A DNA stretch of 64,000 nucleotides from Phallusia mammillata (Eukaryota). The position numbers were made by a program, and so were the translations under genes. The stretch is taken from assembly GCA_965637545.1 (NCBI GenBank), contig OZ281494.1, forward strand, positions 124,001-188,000. The letters are read 5' to 3'. Below are positions 51,201 through 58,800 of the stretch, one piece after another; the stretch's first letter is position 1, and each line of letters opens with the position of its first letter. The notes below the pieces were generated by a model that was not told where the DNA came from, ran no database searches, and saw only the letters and a program-made list of their open reading frames with translations.

Positions 51201-52209
51201 ATAAAATGCCCTTATGAAAAAAACTACTACTTTACAAGTCAGAGGCAAAATCAGTCGTTATCGCGCGGTGTTTTCGTTGCGTTGTGACATGGTTGCGTTC
51301 AGTTCCTTTTCCTTTGTGTATGGTGCACTGTATACATTCAGTGTTATTTACCCTGATGAAGACGACCCGTGTAGGACGTCGAAACGTCGAAATATAAAGA
51401 CATTTGCCTGAAGAGCTCTTTAAAGTTTATATCATGCCTGGCAGCAATAGCTTATATTGGAAACAATGACGCTTTATGCTTTAATGGAAATTTCGTTCTT
51501 AGTTGAGCTGCTTTCTAATTCCGTTTAATCTTATACACCAAGTTTTGTTGTAACATTTTTTTCAGATGTTAGATTAAAGGTCGAAGTTTTGTGATAATTT
51601 TTTAAGTTTTGTGCAGTTCTCTGTTTGGCTTGTGTGTTGTACATTTAGATATTCAAAGTTGGCAACGTTTAATTCTTGAACCTCTTATTCGTTCAGGCTC
51701 ATCTGTGGGAAGACAACAAAGCTGTCGCTGATTGGCTTTCACTCCAACTTAATTCATCCAAAAACAAAACCGGATCGTCAATTCTAGAGGAGAACATAAA
51801 GATCTTACAACGAGACTCGATTTCGCAGCAGGTAACTTTCAAAGTTTGCAAAATATCTAAAGTTAGCGATGACCACCATCAAGGTTAACAATGTGTTTTC
51901 GTGTTCCATTTTATTTTGAGAATAAATTCTAAAGTTTTTCCACCAACGACACCCGTATGACTGTAACCTCCGAAGTGTGTAACAAACTTAACCTGGACTT
52001 TGTAACAAACACAAAATATTCCAACTAACACATTTAAATATCAGAATCTCACTCAGACTGTCGATAACCAACTGGAATATTTTCAGATCCGCCATTTATC
52101 GCAAACCAGCCCCGACATCGCTCTCCACTCGATGGTCCAACTCGCTCAGAGCCTCAGCCCGGAACAGCGAAAGGAAGCCGTGAAAATTCTAGAATCGCTA
52201 GAAACATAA
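18203..52209 (+). CDS. ACACA: Acetyl-CoA carboxylase (multidomain BC-BT-BCCP-CD-CT), ~45 coding exons
   Basis: First exon 18203-18360 ([19 protein letters not shown], like the ACC1 N-terminus) joins in phase to 24666-24837. Then [49 protein letters not shown], biotinyl EVMKM (Lys codon 33009-33011), [87 protein letters not shown]. Stop TAA 52207-52209. ACACA versus ACACB is not resolvable (single pre-duplication ACC likely). Confidence 0.96.
19379..20276. promoter_or_regulatory. Candidate enhancer or alternative promoter: CACGTG E-box cluster interleaved with CCAAT boxes in ACC intron 1
   Basis: ATCACGTGA 19379-87, TCACGTGA 19732-39, CACGTG 19902-07, ATCACGTGAT 20267-76; CCAAT/ATTGG at 19462, 19774, 19872. 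CpG-richer than flanking intron. Confidence 0.45.
20335..20483. mobile_element. 180-bp hAT MITE family, truncated copy 3 with an internal ~30-bp duplication
   Basis: Matches the right-hand part of the family, ending AAATCCCACCCCTG; GTAACAGAACCGGCTGAAAAATAT is repeated. Confidence 0.8.
22200..22643 (-). CDS. Hypothetical antisense ORF (147 aa, or 116 aa from MPHNNN) in ACC intron 1
   Basis: Open frame in a GC-richer island that is not repetitive within this window; no recognisable domain. Confidence 0.25.
   Translation of the reverse strand: MNHSCLTSIAPTQHTNITGISFISPLSRVQRMPHNNNVEKLSPSDITLHAFELTAAVRNYRSFYQRQCDLTQYDAIVTKTIGHNQSSRKKSLDSASNRFNFATPLFFLSVNNSKHLTMDTLQSFVEASACAIFLCLKFKQKNSSFKA
22762..22911 (+). 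ncRNA. Minimal hammerhead motif, family A copy 1, enclosed by a ~55-bp inverted repeat
   Basis: tttacc-CTGATGA(22825-31)-a-gacgacc-ggtata-ggacgcc-GAAAC(22853-57)-GTC. Inverted arms 22762-22817 and 22857-22911. Confidence 0.7.
23311..24129 (+). CDS. Orphan intronless 272-aa ORF with two CxxC knuckles, nested in ACC intron 1 (sense strand)
   Basis: 819-bp ATG-to-TAG ORF in GC-richer sequence; YNCLRCGS and YKCGNCGK motifs. Stops before any ACC exon. GTCACGTG at ~23153-23160 upstream. Confidence 0.6.
   Translation: MTASVLPESHGVNPFSWFLVNENEPDRFTGHQHFHFHNTTAATVLSQLSSMTKGEASRTSSGDDIFPLLHENYEVLASRRKSDHEIPVAADNSTEIVVAEAISSESGRSCVDSQQQENHDDTPWSGLTGYIKKCKQRKRYNCLRCGSPLELTKKPAEKCRIEAHNQIQRSKSWPGTSTSNVDIAKKSPEKQVYKCGNCGKRYTDLTLSKRLRKRSFFARRINGVRRSITWPLPMDCIDELEESEDAVTSVTSQDGGDDTNQWVIVRQQTFLK
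28807..29480. mobile_element. Non-autonomous hAT element, 674 bp
   Basis: TIR TAGGGTTTCTC / GAGAAACCCTA; perfect 8-bp TSD ATGTATAG (28799-28806, 29481-29488); subterminal CCGGGA(T) repeats at both ends. Confidence 0.92.
29120..29260 (+). mobile_element. tRNA-derived SINE-like fragment inside the hAT element
   Basis: A-box-like GGTGTGGTT and B-box-like GGGTTCTAATCC; related short fragment at ~850-895. Confidence 0.45.
29535..29648 (-). ncRNA. Minimal hammerhead motif, family A copy 2 (divergent, with compensatory stems) plus tail
   Basis: rc: ttatc-CTGATGA-a-ggcatct-tgaatg-agacgtc-GAAAC-GTC-gattatt; tail ends GCCTGGCAGCACTAGCTT. Confidence 0.7.
30643..30860. repeat. Degenerate AC-rich minisatellite (~26-bp unit AAAAACAAGCACACACACGCACAAAT)
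   Basis: Several imperfect tandem units visible; produces spurious low-complexity ORFs. Confidence 0.8.
32347..32450 (-). ncRNA. Decayed hammerhead motif, family A copy 3, plus tail
   Basis: rc: ccCTAATGA-a-gacgacc-tgtata-ggacgtc-GAAAC-GCC. Core mutated (CTGA>CTAA, GTC>GCC); family A tail present. Confidence 0.55.
33117..34357 (+). mobile_element. Helitron/Helentron-like non-autonomous element, subfamily 2, one core repeat
   Basis: 5' ATAATTATGGGTCCCCTTCCCTGAA, 3' subTIR GGGGACCCAT (34232-41), terminus AGCCACTCTTCTAGT. Closely similar to 42834-44504 along its length. Confidence 0.8.
34958..35312 (+). other. Non-canonical GC-AG intron of ACC
   Basis: CAG|GCGAGT donor. The junction restores PSLPLLELQ|[11 protein letters not shown] (vertebrate [20 protein letters not shown]). 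Confidence 0.88.
35102..35292. repeat. 44-bp minisatellite, 4 full units plus a partial
   Basis: Unit ATGACCGATAGTAACCCCGACCCCATTGATAACAACTCTCGTCC starts at 35102, 35146, 35190, 35234, 35278. Confidence 0.95.
38713..38897. mobile_element. Tc1/mariner-like MITE, 185 bp
   Basis: Imperfect TIRs CAGTAAAACTCGTTTAA / TTAAACGAAGTTTACTG, TA at the 3' flank; second copy at 47880. Confidence 0.7.
40527..40546 (+). promoter_or_regulatory. Triple nuclear-receptor half-site array (two overlapping DR1 elements)
   Basis: AGGTCA-A-AGGTTA-A-AGGTCA starting 2 nt into the ACC intron after the 40524 donor. Confidence 0.4.
41045..41362. repeat. ~20-25-bp minisatellite (TGTGATGTGATCTTGTGACTATTCA-like)
   Basis: More than ten degenerate tandem units ending next to the ACC acceptor at 41372. 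Confidence 0.9.
41659..41910 (+). ncRNA. Tandem pair of family B minimal hammerhead motifs preceded by an inverted tail
   Basis: Copy B2: CTGATGA 41724-30 ... AAAAC-GTT. Copy B3: CTGACGA 41844-50, GGCA/TGCC stem, GAAAC 41868-72, ATT. Inverted tail 41659-41706. Confidence 0.7.
42834..44504 (+). mobile_element. Helitron/Helentron-like non-autonomous element, subfamily 2, three 157-bp core repeats
   Basis: Intact 5' hairpin GTCCCCTTCCCTGAAGGGGAC, (TTTTTTC)n tract, 157-bp tandem units (~42981, 43138, 43295), 3' subTIR 44379-88, terminus CTTCTAGT. Confidence 0.8.
44640..44718 (-). ncRNA. Minimal hammerhead motif, family A copy 4
   Basis: rc: tttacc-CTGATGA-a-agcggcc-tgtata-ggacgtc-GAAAC-GTC-ggaataaaaatacatttg. 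Confidence 0.65.
45262..45310 (-). ncRNA. Minimal hammerhead motif, family C (single copy)
   Basis: rc: tgca-CTGATGA-t-gacaa-cagaga-ttgtt-GAAAC-GTC-cgca; 5-bp stem II; stem I TGCA/CGCA. Confidence 0.6.
46480..46738. mobile_element. Partial Charlie-like hAT MITE (one terminus only)
   Basis: Ends GGGTTGCCGACCCCTG (rc CAGGGGTCGGCAACCC); the other end is not recognisable. Confidence 0.45.
47281..47598. mobile_element. hAT-like MITE with CCCGA subterminal repeats
   Basis: Imperfect TIRs CAGAATTGTAAACGG / rc CAGAGTTGTTAGTCGG; degenerate 8-bp TSD CTCAGGTA / GCCAGGTA. Confidence 0.6.
47880..48215. mobile_element. Tc1-like MITE (second copy of the 38713 family) interrupted by a hAT MITE
   Basis: TA-CAGTAAAC start; the sequence aligns with 38713-38897 on both sides of the 47968-48146 insertion; 3' end truncated. 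Confidence 0.7.
47968..48146. mobile_element. 180-bp hAT MITE family, copy 4 (nested)
   Basis: TIRs CAGTGGTGGAATTC / GAATCCCACCATTG; TSD GTTAAAGC / GCTAAAGC. Confidence 0.9.
48569..48801. mobile_element. Charlie-like hAT MITE, 233 bp
   Basis: Perfect TIRs CAGTGGTTCCCAAC / GTTGGGAACCACTG; TSD degenerate. Confidence 0.8.
49029..49208. mobile_element. 180-bp hAT MITE family, copy 5
   Basis: Full TIRs CAGTGGTGGGATTC / GAATCCCACCACTG; no clear TSD. Confidence 0.88.
50152..50262 (-). ncRNA. Decayed family B hammerhead unit with full tail (copy 4)
   Basis: rc: tatca-CTGATGA-t-ggga-tgagcatt-tgcc-AAAAC-GTT-tgaacAATAAAgcatgtcgc...cattaaacttatgaacagatcc. Confidence 0.6.
51344..51455 (+). ncRNA. Minimal hammerhead motif, family A copy 5 (best-preserved core) plus tail
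   Basis: tttacc-CTGATGA(51353-59)-a-GACGACC-cgtgta-GGACGTC-GAAAC(51381-85)-GTC(51386-88). G10.1-C11.1 pair intact. Tail ends GCCTGGCAGCAATAGCTT. Confidence 0.75.
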
Positions 52210-53010
52210 TAAGTTCAAACTTTCAAACATTTGTTGCACTTTTAGTTTGTTCCCGTCGATTTCGAACTTCTCAATCGAATTTATTTGTGTATTGTTTCTA
52301 TGCACTGCGCTCTTTGTATTGGAAGTCCATCTAATTCATGCCCACCGCTCGCTTTTATGCAATTTTCGCAACTGTAGCCCCGGTACGTACGTTCCACAGT
52401 CCCTATATACGTCCGCTCTAGCCTATAAGCAGCCATAGCCGTGCCCCTGAAAACGGCGTTGGCGACCCCACTGTGACGCCAAACACTGAAAACTGGAACT
52501 CGCATTTTTGTTAAATCCGCTATAATGTATTGAATGATATAAGTTTTAGCGAATGACCGCCCCCTAGTGACGCTGAAACATCTGATTGCCGCAAAAACTC
52601 TGTGTTGTGAAGTTTGTAGCAATTTTGTGTGGAAGAATCGAGCGCCTTACCAACATTCCCGTCGGCACTGAAGCGCAAGCCTTGATTTTGTGTGAAAACG
52701 CCGCCTTGATTGTTTCTGCTGCTTGTGGAAATGTATGATGCCTACCTTGTGTTGATGTAATCGCTTGATCTATATTGCCTGTGGCAAACTAAATCCTGGA
52801 ATGCGAAACCGAGTTTGTTACCTAACGAGCACAGAATAGCAAAACCACAGCAAGTTTAGTTGAGTTTGTGTTTCTACAGAGACAAGTAATGTTAAGCCTA
52901 TTCTAACATCCAGCGTTTAAAGAAATTAATTATCATGTCGAGACAGATTGTGTTTCAGTTTATCTTTGGTACAAAAACAGAGAATCACAGAGAAAATAGT
53001 TCACCAATAA

Positions 53011-53270
53011 GCCTGTGTAGCTCAGTTTTTCGAGGGCAAGTGCCGAAAAGACTCCTGTCGAGGGTTCGAATCCCACCGCTGGCTAGATGTTTGTAGCCTA
53101 TGCCTTGCCCATATGGTGGTGAATGCTTGGGAGACCAGCTGATTCGGTATAACGTCTTCAATGGGCCTGGCGTGTTATACTTTATTATGAGTATGCCGTA
53201 ATCTCTGGTCTGCATCGCCGCTTCAGGGCTGATCCCAGTATGAATGGATTTATCTTAGCTGGTAAAAAAA
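53011..53270 (+). mobile_element. tRNA-derived SINE with A-rich tail
   Basis: Head GCCTGTGTAGCTCAG...GGGTTCGAATCCCAC (A and B boxes, broken cloverleaf), ~190-bp body, ends AAAAAAA; possible TSD AAAATAGTT. Confidence 0.65.
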
Positions 53271-53478
53271 TAGTTTTAATCCGGATGTCACAATTTCCAG
53301 CTGCGAAAAAGACTCGCGTAATTTTAAATTTTCAAGATGCTAAAATTGAAAAAAAAACTATCACTAGGAGCGCTGTCACAGTTTGAAATGATTACGCAGC
53401 ATATTCTGCAAAAATATGACTTGACAAACAGTTTTCCACATGGATGCAGATTGTTATTGTTTGTTTTTTAGATGTAAG

Positions 53479-53660
53479 CCGTGGTGGGATTTAGCCGGTT
53501 CGAACCGGTTCTACATAACCGTCTCACGAAAGTTTATGAGATCAGCGAACCGGTTAGCATTACTGGTTACTGTCAATGGACTTTTTGTAACAGAACCGGC
53601 TAAAAAATATGACTTTTTTGTGATAGAACGGGATGACAAAAAATTTGAATCCCACCACTG
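53479..53660. mobile_element. 180-bp hAT MITE family, copy 6
   Basis: CCGTGGTGGGATTT ... GAATCCCACCACTG; degenerate TSD GATGTAAG / AATATAAG. Confidence 0.85.
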
Positions 53661-53812
53661 AATATAAGGTCAGTTAAAGAACAAAAATGTGTTTACCTTT
53701 TGCCCTTGAATGTTGAGTACTGTTTACTTTTGTGTTTTATTTTCCAGGCAAATAAATAGTTGAATGTTTTAAACTTAAACCCGCTTTGGGTCAAAAGCAG
53801 ACACAGATAACC

Positions 53813-54604
53813 ATGAGTGTGAATATTCAAATGGAGTTCGCTGTGGAAATGTCGTGCGAAGCTTGTTCCGATTCAATTACGAAGGTACTGAAGGAAAAGT
53901 CTGTAAAGGTTTTGGATATTGACTTGGATAAACAAATGGTTTTGGTCGAAACAAACAAACCTTTCCAAAATATTCAAGAAACCATCGAAAGCACTGGAAA
54001 GCGAGCAGCTTTGATGGGATTAGGTTCAAGTGTTGGAGGAAAACACCTCGGTGCAGCAGTTGCTGAAATTAGTGGAACAAAAGTGAGAGGAGTTGTCAGA
54101 ATGCTTCAACTCGACGAACAAAATTGTCTTTTTGAAGGGACTTTGGATGGTTTGTCCCCCGGAGAACATGGTTTAAATATCCATGAGTTTGGAGATCTTT
54201 CGAATGGGTGTGTTAACTGTGGTGAGCATTACAACCCTCATGGAAGGCAACATGGTGGAAGAAACAAGTCTGAAAGACATGTCGGTGACCTCGGTAACAT
54301 TTCAGCTGAGAAAAATGGGAGGTCTGTGTTTCGGTTTGTGGATGACCAGGTTAAGGTGTGGGATATAATTGGAAGGTCAATGGTTGTTCATGAGAAGGCA
54401 GATGACCTTGGGCAAGGTCAATATGATTCATCTAAACAGCATGGCAATTCTGGTCAAGGCCTTGCATGTGGCATTGTTGCACGATCTGCTGGGCTTATGC
54501 AAAATGTTAAGAGGGTTTGTGCGTGTGACGGAATAGTTTTGTGGGACGAAAGAAATGTCCCGGCTGCTGGAGTAGAAAGATCGCAGTTCATGCAAAAGTT
54601 GTAG
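53813..54604 (+). CDS. CCS: Copper chaperone for superoxide dismutase, single coding exon
   Basis: Atx1-like domain with MSCEAC (MxCxxC), SOD1-like domain II (HYNP, RHVGDLGN), C-terminal ARSAGL...CACDG (CxC). Acceptor ttttccag at 53748. Confidence 0.95.
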   Translation: MSVNIQMEFAVEMSCEACSDSITKVLKEKSVKVLDIDLDKQMVLVETNKPFQNIQETIESTGKRAALMGLGSSVGGKHLGAAVAEISGTKVRGVVRMLQLDEQNCLFEGTLDGLSPGEHGLNIHEFGDLSNGCVNCGEHYNPHGRQHGGRNKSERHVGDLGNISAEKNGRSVFRFVDDQVKVWDIIGRSMVVHEKADDLGQGQYDSSKQHGNSGQGLACGIVARSAGLMQNVKRVCACDGIVLWDERNVPAAGVERSQFMQKL

Positions 54605-54630
54605 CTTTGAACATATCCTCAATAATTTAC

Positions 54631-54963
54631 GGGTGGCACTAAATACCGCATGTGACCGCATGTGATTCCTCTTAAAATACACCATGTTATGTGAAATGTA
54701 AGAATTCCAGCCCCATTAGGGGTAAAATAGACCAGATTCTAGATTGATTTTAATTTCAAACCTTCACCCAACCCTAATAGCTCTAACCGTCAGCGCTTTC
54801 AAAAGTCCGCAAAATTATTTTTTGGTAAAAGCATATTTAAGTCCTTCACAGATTCCTGCCGTGTGATAACATGCGGTCACATGCGGTATACCATGCGGTC
54901 ACATGCGGTCACATGCGGTCACATGCGGCCACATGCGGCCACATGCGGTATTTAGTACCACCG
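54631..54963. mobile_element. Mutator-like MITE (333 bp) immediately downstream of the CCS stop codon
   Basis: Perfect 9-bp TSD ATAATTTAC (54622-30, 54964-72). TIR GGTGGCACTAAATACCGCATGTG / rc GGTGGTACTAAATACCGCATGTG, extended by 10-bp CACATGCGGT repeats. Confidence 0.88.
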
Positions 54964-55896
54964 ATAATTTACTATGCAAATGATAAACTGTACGTCTTAC
55001 AAAACTTTCTTTGAATCACCAGAAATGTAATTCAAACACCCAACAAATCTACATATTGACTGGTGGGTGGATTATTTTACTTTAAATCAAAACTGGCAAT
55101 TTAAAACATTTTTGTGTTGTTTCTTCTTGTAATCCTGTGTATATTTCTATCAATGTATATTACCGTAACCAAATTAAACTCAATTTTTACAAAACTTGGA
55201 TCAACAAAATGTATTTTAAATCCAGCAGCACCCAAGCAAGATTATATCAGCACCCAAGATACTTCTGCTTCAAATCTGGCCTTTTTGTATATTTTTTTCT
55301 TGCAATCTTGCATATATGTTTCTATCGTTGTAGTGTATATTACCATACATTTTAGCAATACTGTGTTGAACCACCATGACTAACCTGTGTCCTAATTAAA
55401 AGGAATTCCATAACAATTGTGAAATAGTGTAATTTATGCTGGCAGAGGAATGGTCACAAAGTTTACTGTCATTAACACAGCACCAGAAAAGAAAAAATGA
55501 AAATTGTGGAATAACAACATGAAGATAATTACAATTGAAACATGGATAAAAGAGAGCACAATAGTTGCTACATTTACCCACAAAGAAATGTACGAGGCAA
55601 ATTGGCAGCACAATAAACACCAACTATTCAAATTTGTTACAATCTTGCATTCTAGTTCAGATGCTGAGCACGATTTAATTTGATGAGTTTTATAACATAG
55701 AAAATGAGCAACTGACATAGATTGAGAATTGGTTAAATAAACAGGATTTAAAGCAAGCACAATGTCTTGTTTCTCATTTCAAGTTGTTCATGTAAATAAA
55801 TTCCATTTGAAGTTTGTCAAAAACTCTCGTTACCACATAATCAATCTGCTTAAAAGGCAACTGTTAGTAGCATAGAATACATACAACACAGATGAA

Positions 55897-58800
55897 TCAC
55901 CACCAAACAGACCAAAAATCAAGGTAGGCTTCATTTAAAACTTCCTGCAAAAGTTTCATTGCAACAGAGTCAACTGAACTATCAGGAATGTCACGTGCTG
56001 TGGTGACTGGCCTCACCATGTTGATGCTAACCCTCTTCATGGCCATGTTAACATGCACCGTCACCATAACGTGAAAATTATCAGAGTTCAAAATACACAC
56101 AGTGTTCACGTTACTGTCTCCAGACACAAAAGATGCAGAGGACTTTGGAAATGCCTTTAGAAGTCTTTTGTGGAGTTTGATTCCATACTTAACACTTCCC
56201 TTACGTGAATTTAAAAGTTTTACAACTTTTGGATCAATTTTGGAAGCAGAAACAATCCACATAAGGTTTTGCAGTTTGTCAAATTCTTCCCATGATAAGG
56301 AATTGCTGTAGTTCTTCTCCTTGCAAGATTGCACGAGTCTGTTCCAGAGCTGATGACGATAGCACTCGGTTCCTGCACTGGCACATAACTCAGCAAGACA
56401 CTTTTCGGTTCGCTGCTGCTCACATTTCACAAAACATGAAGCCTGGTGGCTTTCCGCTTTGTCAGTGCTGTTAAACACCACTGAACTTAAATCAAGTTTT
56501 TCCCGGTGAAATGTCGCCAAACTTTGGGCTATTCCTGTCACTTCAGAAAACCTACGTCCATGTTTCTTCCTATCCAGAGACGAACTTGAATTTCGTGGAG
56601 TATTTGCCATAGTGGGCTGTATGGCTTTTTCTGTAAAGAGGATGTAGTAATCCATAACAAGGGCTCTGGTATTGCTTGAAGCAGATGAAGTGAAAACAAC
56701 ACAGATATTCTTATTTCTGTGATCAACCTCTGAACAATTGCTTGCGTGCTGGTCACAAAGTGAGGCGGTGGAGCAAAGCATAGCCCTCGGTGTAGTGAGG
56801 GATTTGCAGTTTGAATAAAACACTTTCAAGTCCATGTCTTCAGAGTGGTTTGTGATGAAACTAAACATGTCCTTGTGTGAAACATTGGGGCAGGGAACTG
56901 TCACATTTCCACACAGTATATGGTGCGAGAGCGGATGAACTAAAGGCTCGTAACAATCTGCTAATGCTTGTAGTATATCAGTCTGAGAGCATCCTGTATA
57001 AAGAGATGATACTTTGTCATTTATCAACAACTGCACTTCTGCTAACTGAAGATCCAAACTGATGGCATGAACATTCAAGCACTCTTTAAACTTCTCACAA
57101 GAATTGAGGAAGTTGACGTGCAACTTCACGTTATCAGGTCGACTGCCATCATACGACATGTGCGGCATATCAACTCCATACAACTTAACATCGAAAAGGT
57201 CGTCGTGGAACAAGAAAGTTATTACCACAATACCACCAGGCATGGCACGATACAAATACTGGGTTGGTGGTATGCTTAACTTCGCTGCTCTCGATATGTC
57301 AGTTTGTAAATGCACAAAGCCCTTCCAGTGGTTAAAATAGCACTGGTAAAATGTGTTCATCAGCTGTTCCTCATTAAAATCAGGAGTATCATGCTCTTCT
57401 TCCTTCTCTGTTGTGATCTTACTCAGCGAGTCCCCAGATTTTCGTCTGTAGCTGTCGAGAAACGAACTCCGTCTTGTCAACTTTTCCGGCTTCGATCCTG
57501 AAATGGTTCGAGCTTTGCGTTTGTGACCAGAATAAATAGCAAGAAACCTCTTCTGTGCTTTACAACTCAACAGAATTGGGGCACATTGTGCAAATAGAAG
57601 CCTTGCATGCGACATGAGAATCGAAAGTGTTGGGCCTGAAACTATTGATACATTTGCTGCAGTTTTGCGAAACTTGGCAAAAAGATTTTTCAAATGCATC
57701 TTTTCCTCACTTCGCTTATATTTTAACCGGGCAATGTTATAACACTGTTGACCATACAGTGATGCTTTATCCTTGGAGCTGGTTTCACGTTCGTTTATTG
57801 GACAAACTGGTTGGCAATCGAGGTAGTGGTCATCAAAGAAGCGATCAGCGAAAGTTGGCTTTTGTTTCTTTTCAGGGACAGGAAGAGAAGAATATCGAGA
57901 TAAAACGTCAACTGTAAACCCAGAAACCTCAGCACTTTGGTTCTTGTAGTTGAAAAGTCCGAGCTTTTGAAAAGTAATCCCTTGCATCATAGTATGTCTG
58001 GCATTGTGAAACGCAGCACACTGTTTCAGAGTTTTGTGAATGGAAGCAGTTTTGTCGCCAGCGATGTTGTACAAATACACTGTGACTGTGGTGGGAGATT
58101 TGGACAGCGTGTAAACAAAATGATGTCGGGGAATAAATGAAGATGAAGCAATAAGAGAATGTTGAGGACATGGGCTCTTTTCAGGTTTGTCGCTTATATC
58201 ATGAGAGGGAAATCTCTGGATACTGCTTAAGTTTGGACGATTTTGTTCACTTTGGCGACCGACAGTTCTTTTCCACATATTTTCAGAACAAATTATCATT
58301 TCCAAGTGTTTTCCAGGAACTTCTTGCTCGAAACCTAGTCCGGTGTGATGAGTCCATACTAATGAGCTGGCTGGTTTCGAAAACAGGAAAATTTCTGGGT
58401 GGGTAATCTGGCTACGGAAAATTTTTAGCAGATTTTGTGTGCAGTGCAGCTTACACGACCTGCTGTGTAAGTTTAATGTTAGTTCAGACACAGAAATACA
58501 TGCATTGGACTTCATGTAGTGAAGCCAATCAGGCAGTATAGTGTGGTAAGCTTCTGACAAATGACCCTGTTGTTTGGGAGGCACAGTTTTGCTGGGTTGC
58601 TGGTCAACAGTTTTAGTGGTTGATCTCGATTGCAACACACTTAGTATTTTACCTGTGCTGCTTTCTGTACAATCTGGGTCAGAATAATTCAACACAGCTG
58701 CAGATTTTTTTGTTGGAGTGGGCTCAAACAGTGGAATTTGTGATAGATTTTCCATAACAAGATCACACAGTGCACTCTGTATAGCTGAAAGAAGTTTCTG

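Noticed and set aside
53011-53085. Functional tRNA gene
   Set aside because: D-loop lacks GG, the anticodon and T stems have mismatches, and it continues into a body plus A-tail; treated as a SINE head. Isolated B-boxes at ~34755, 39290, 40218 and 50515 are likewise SINE fragments.
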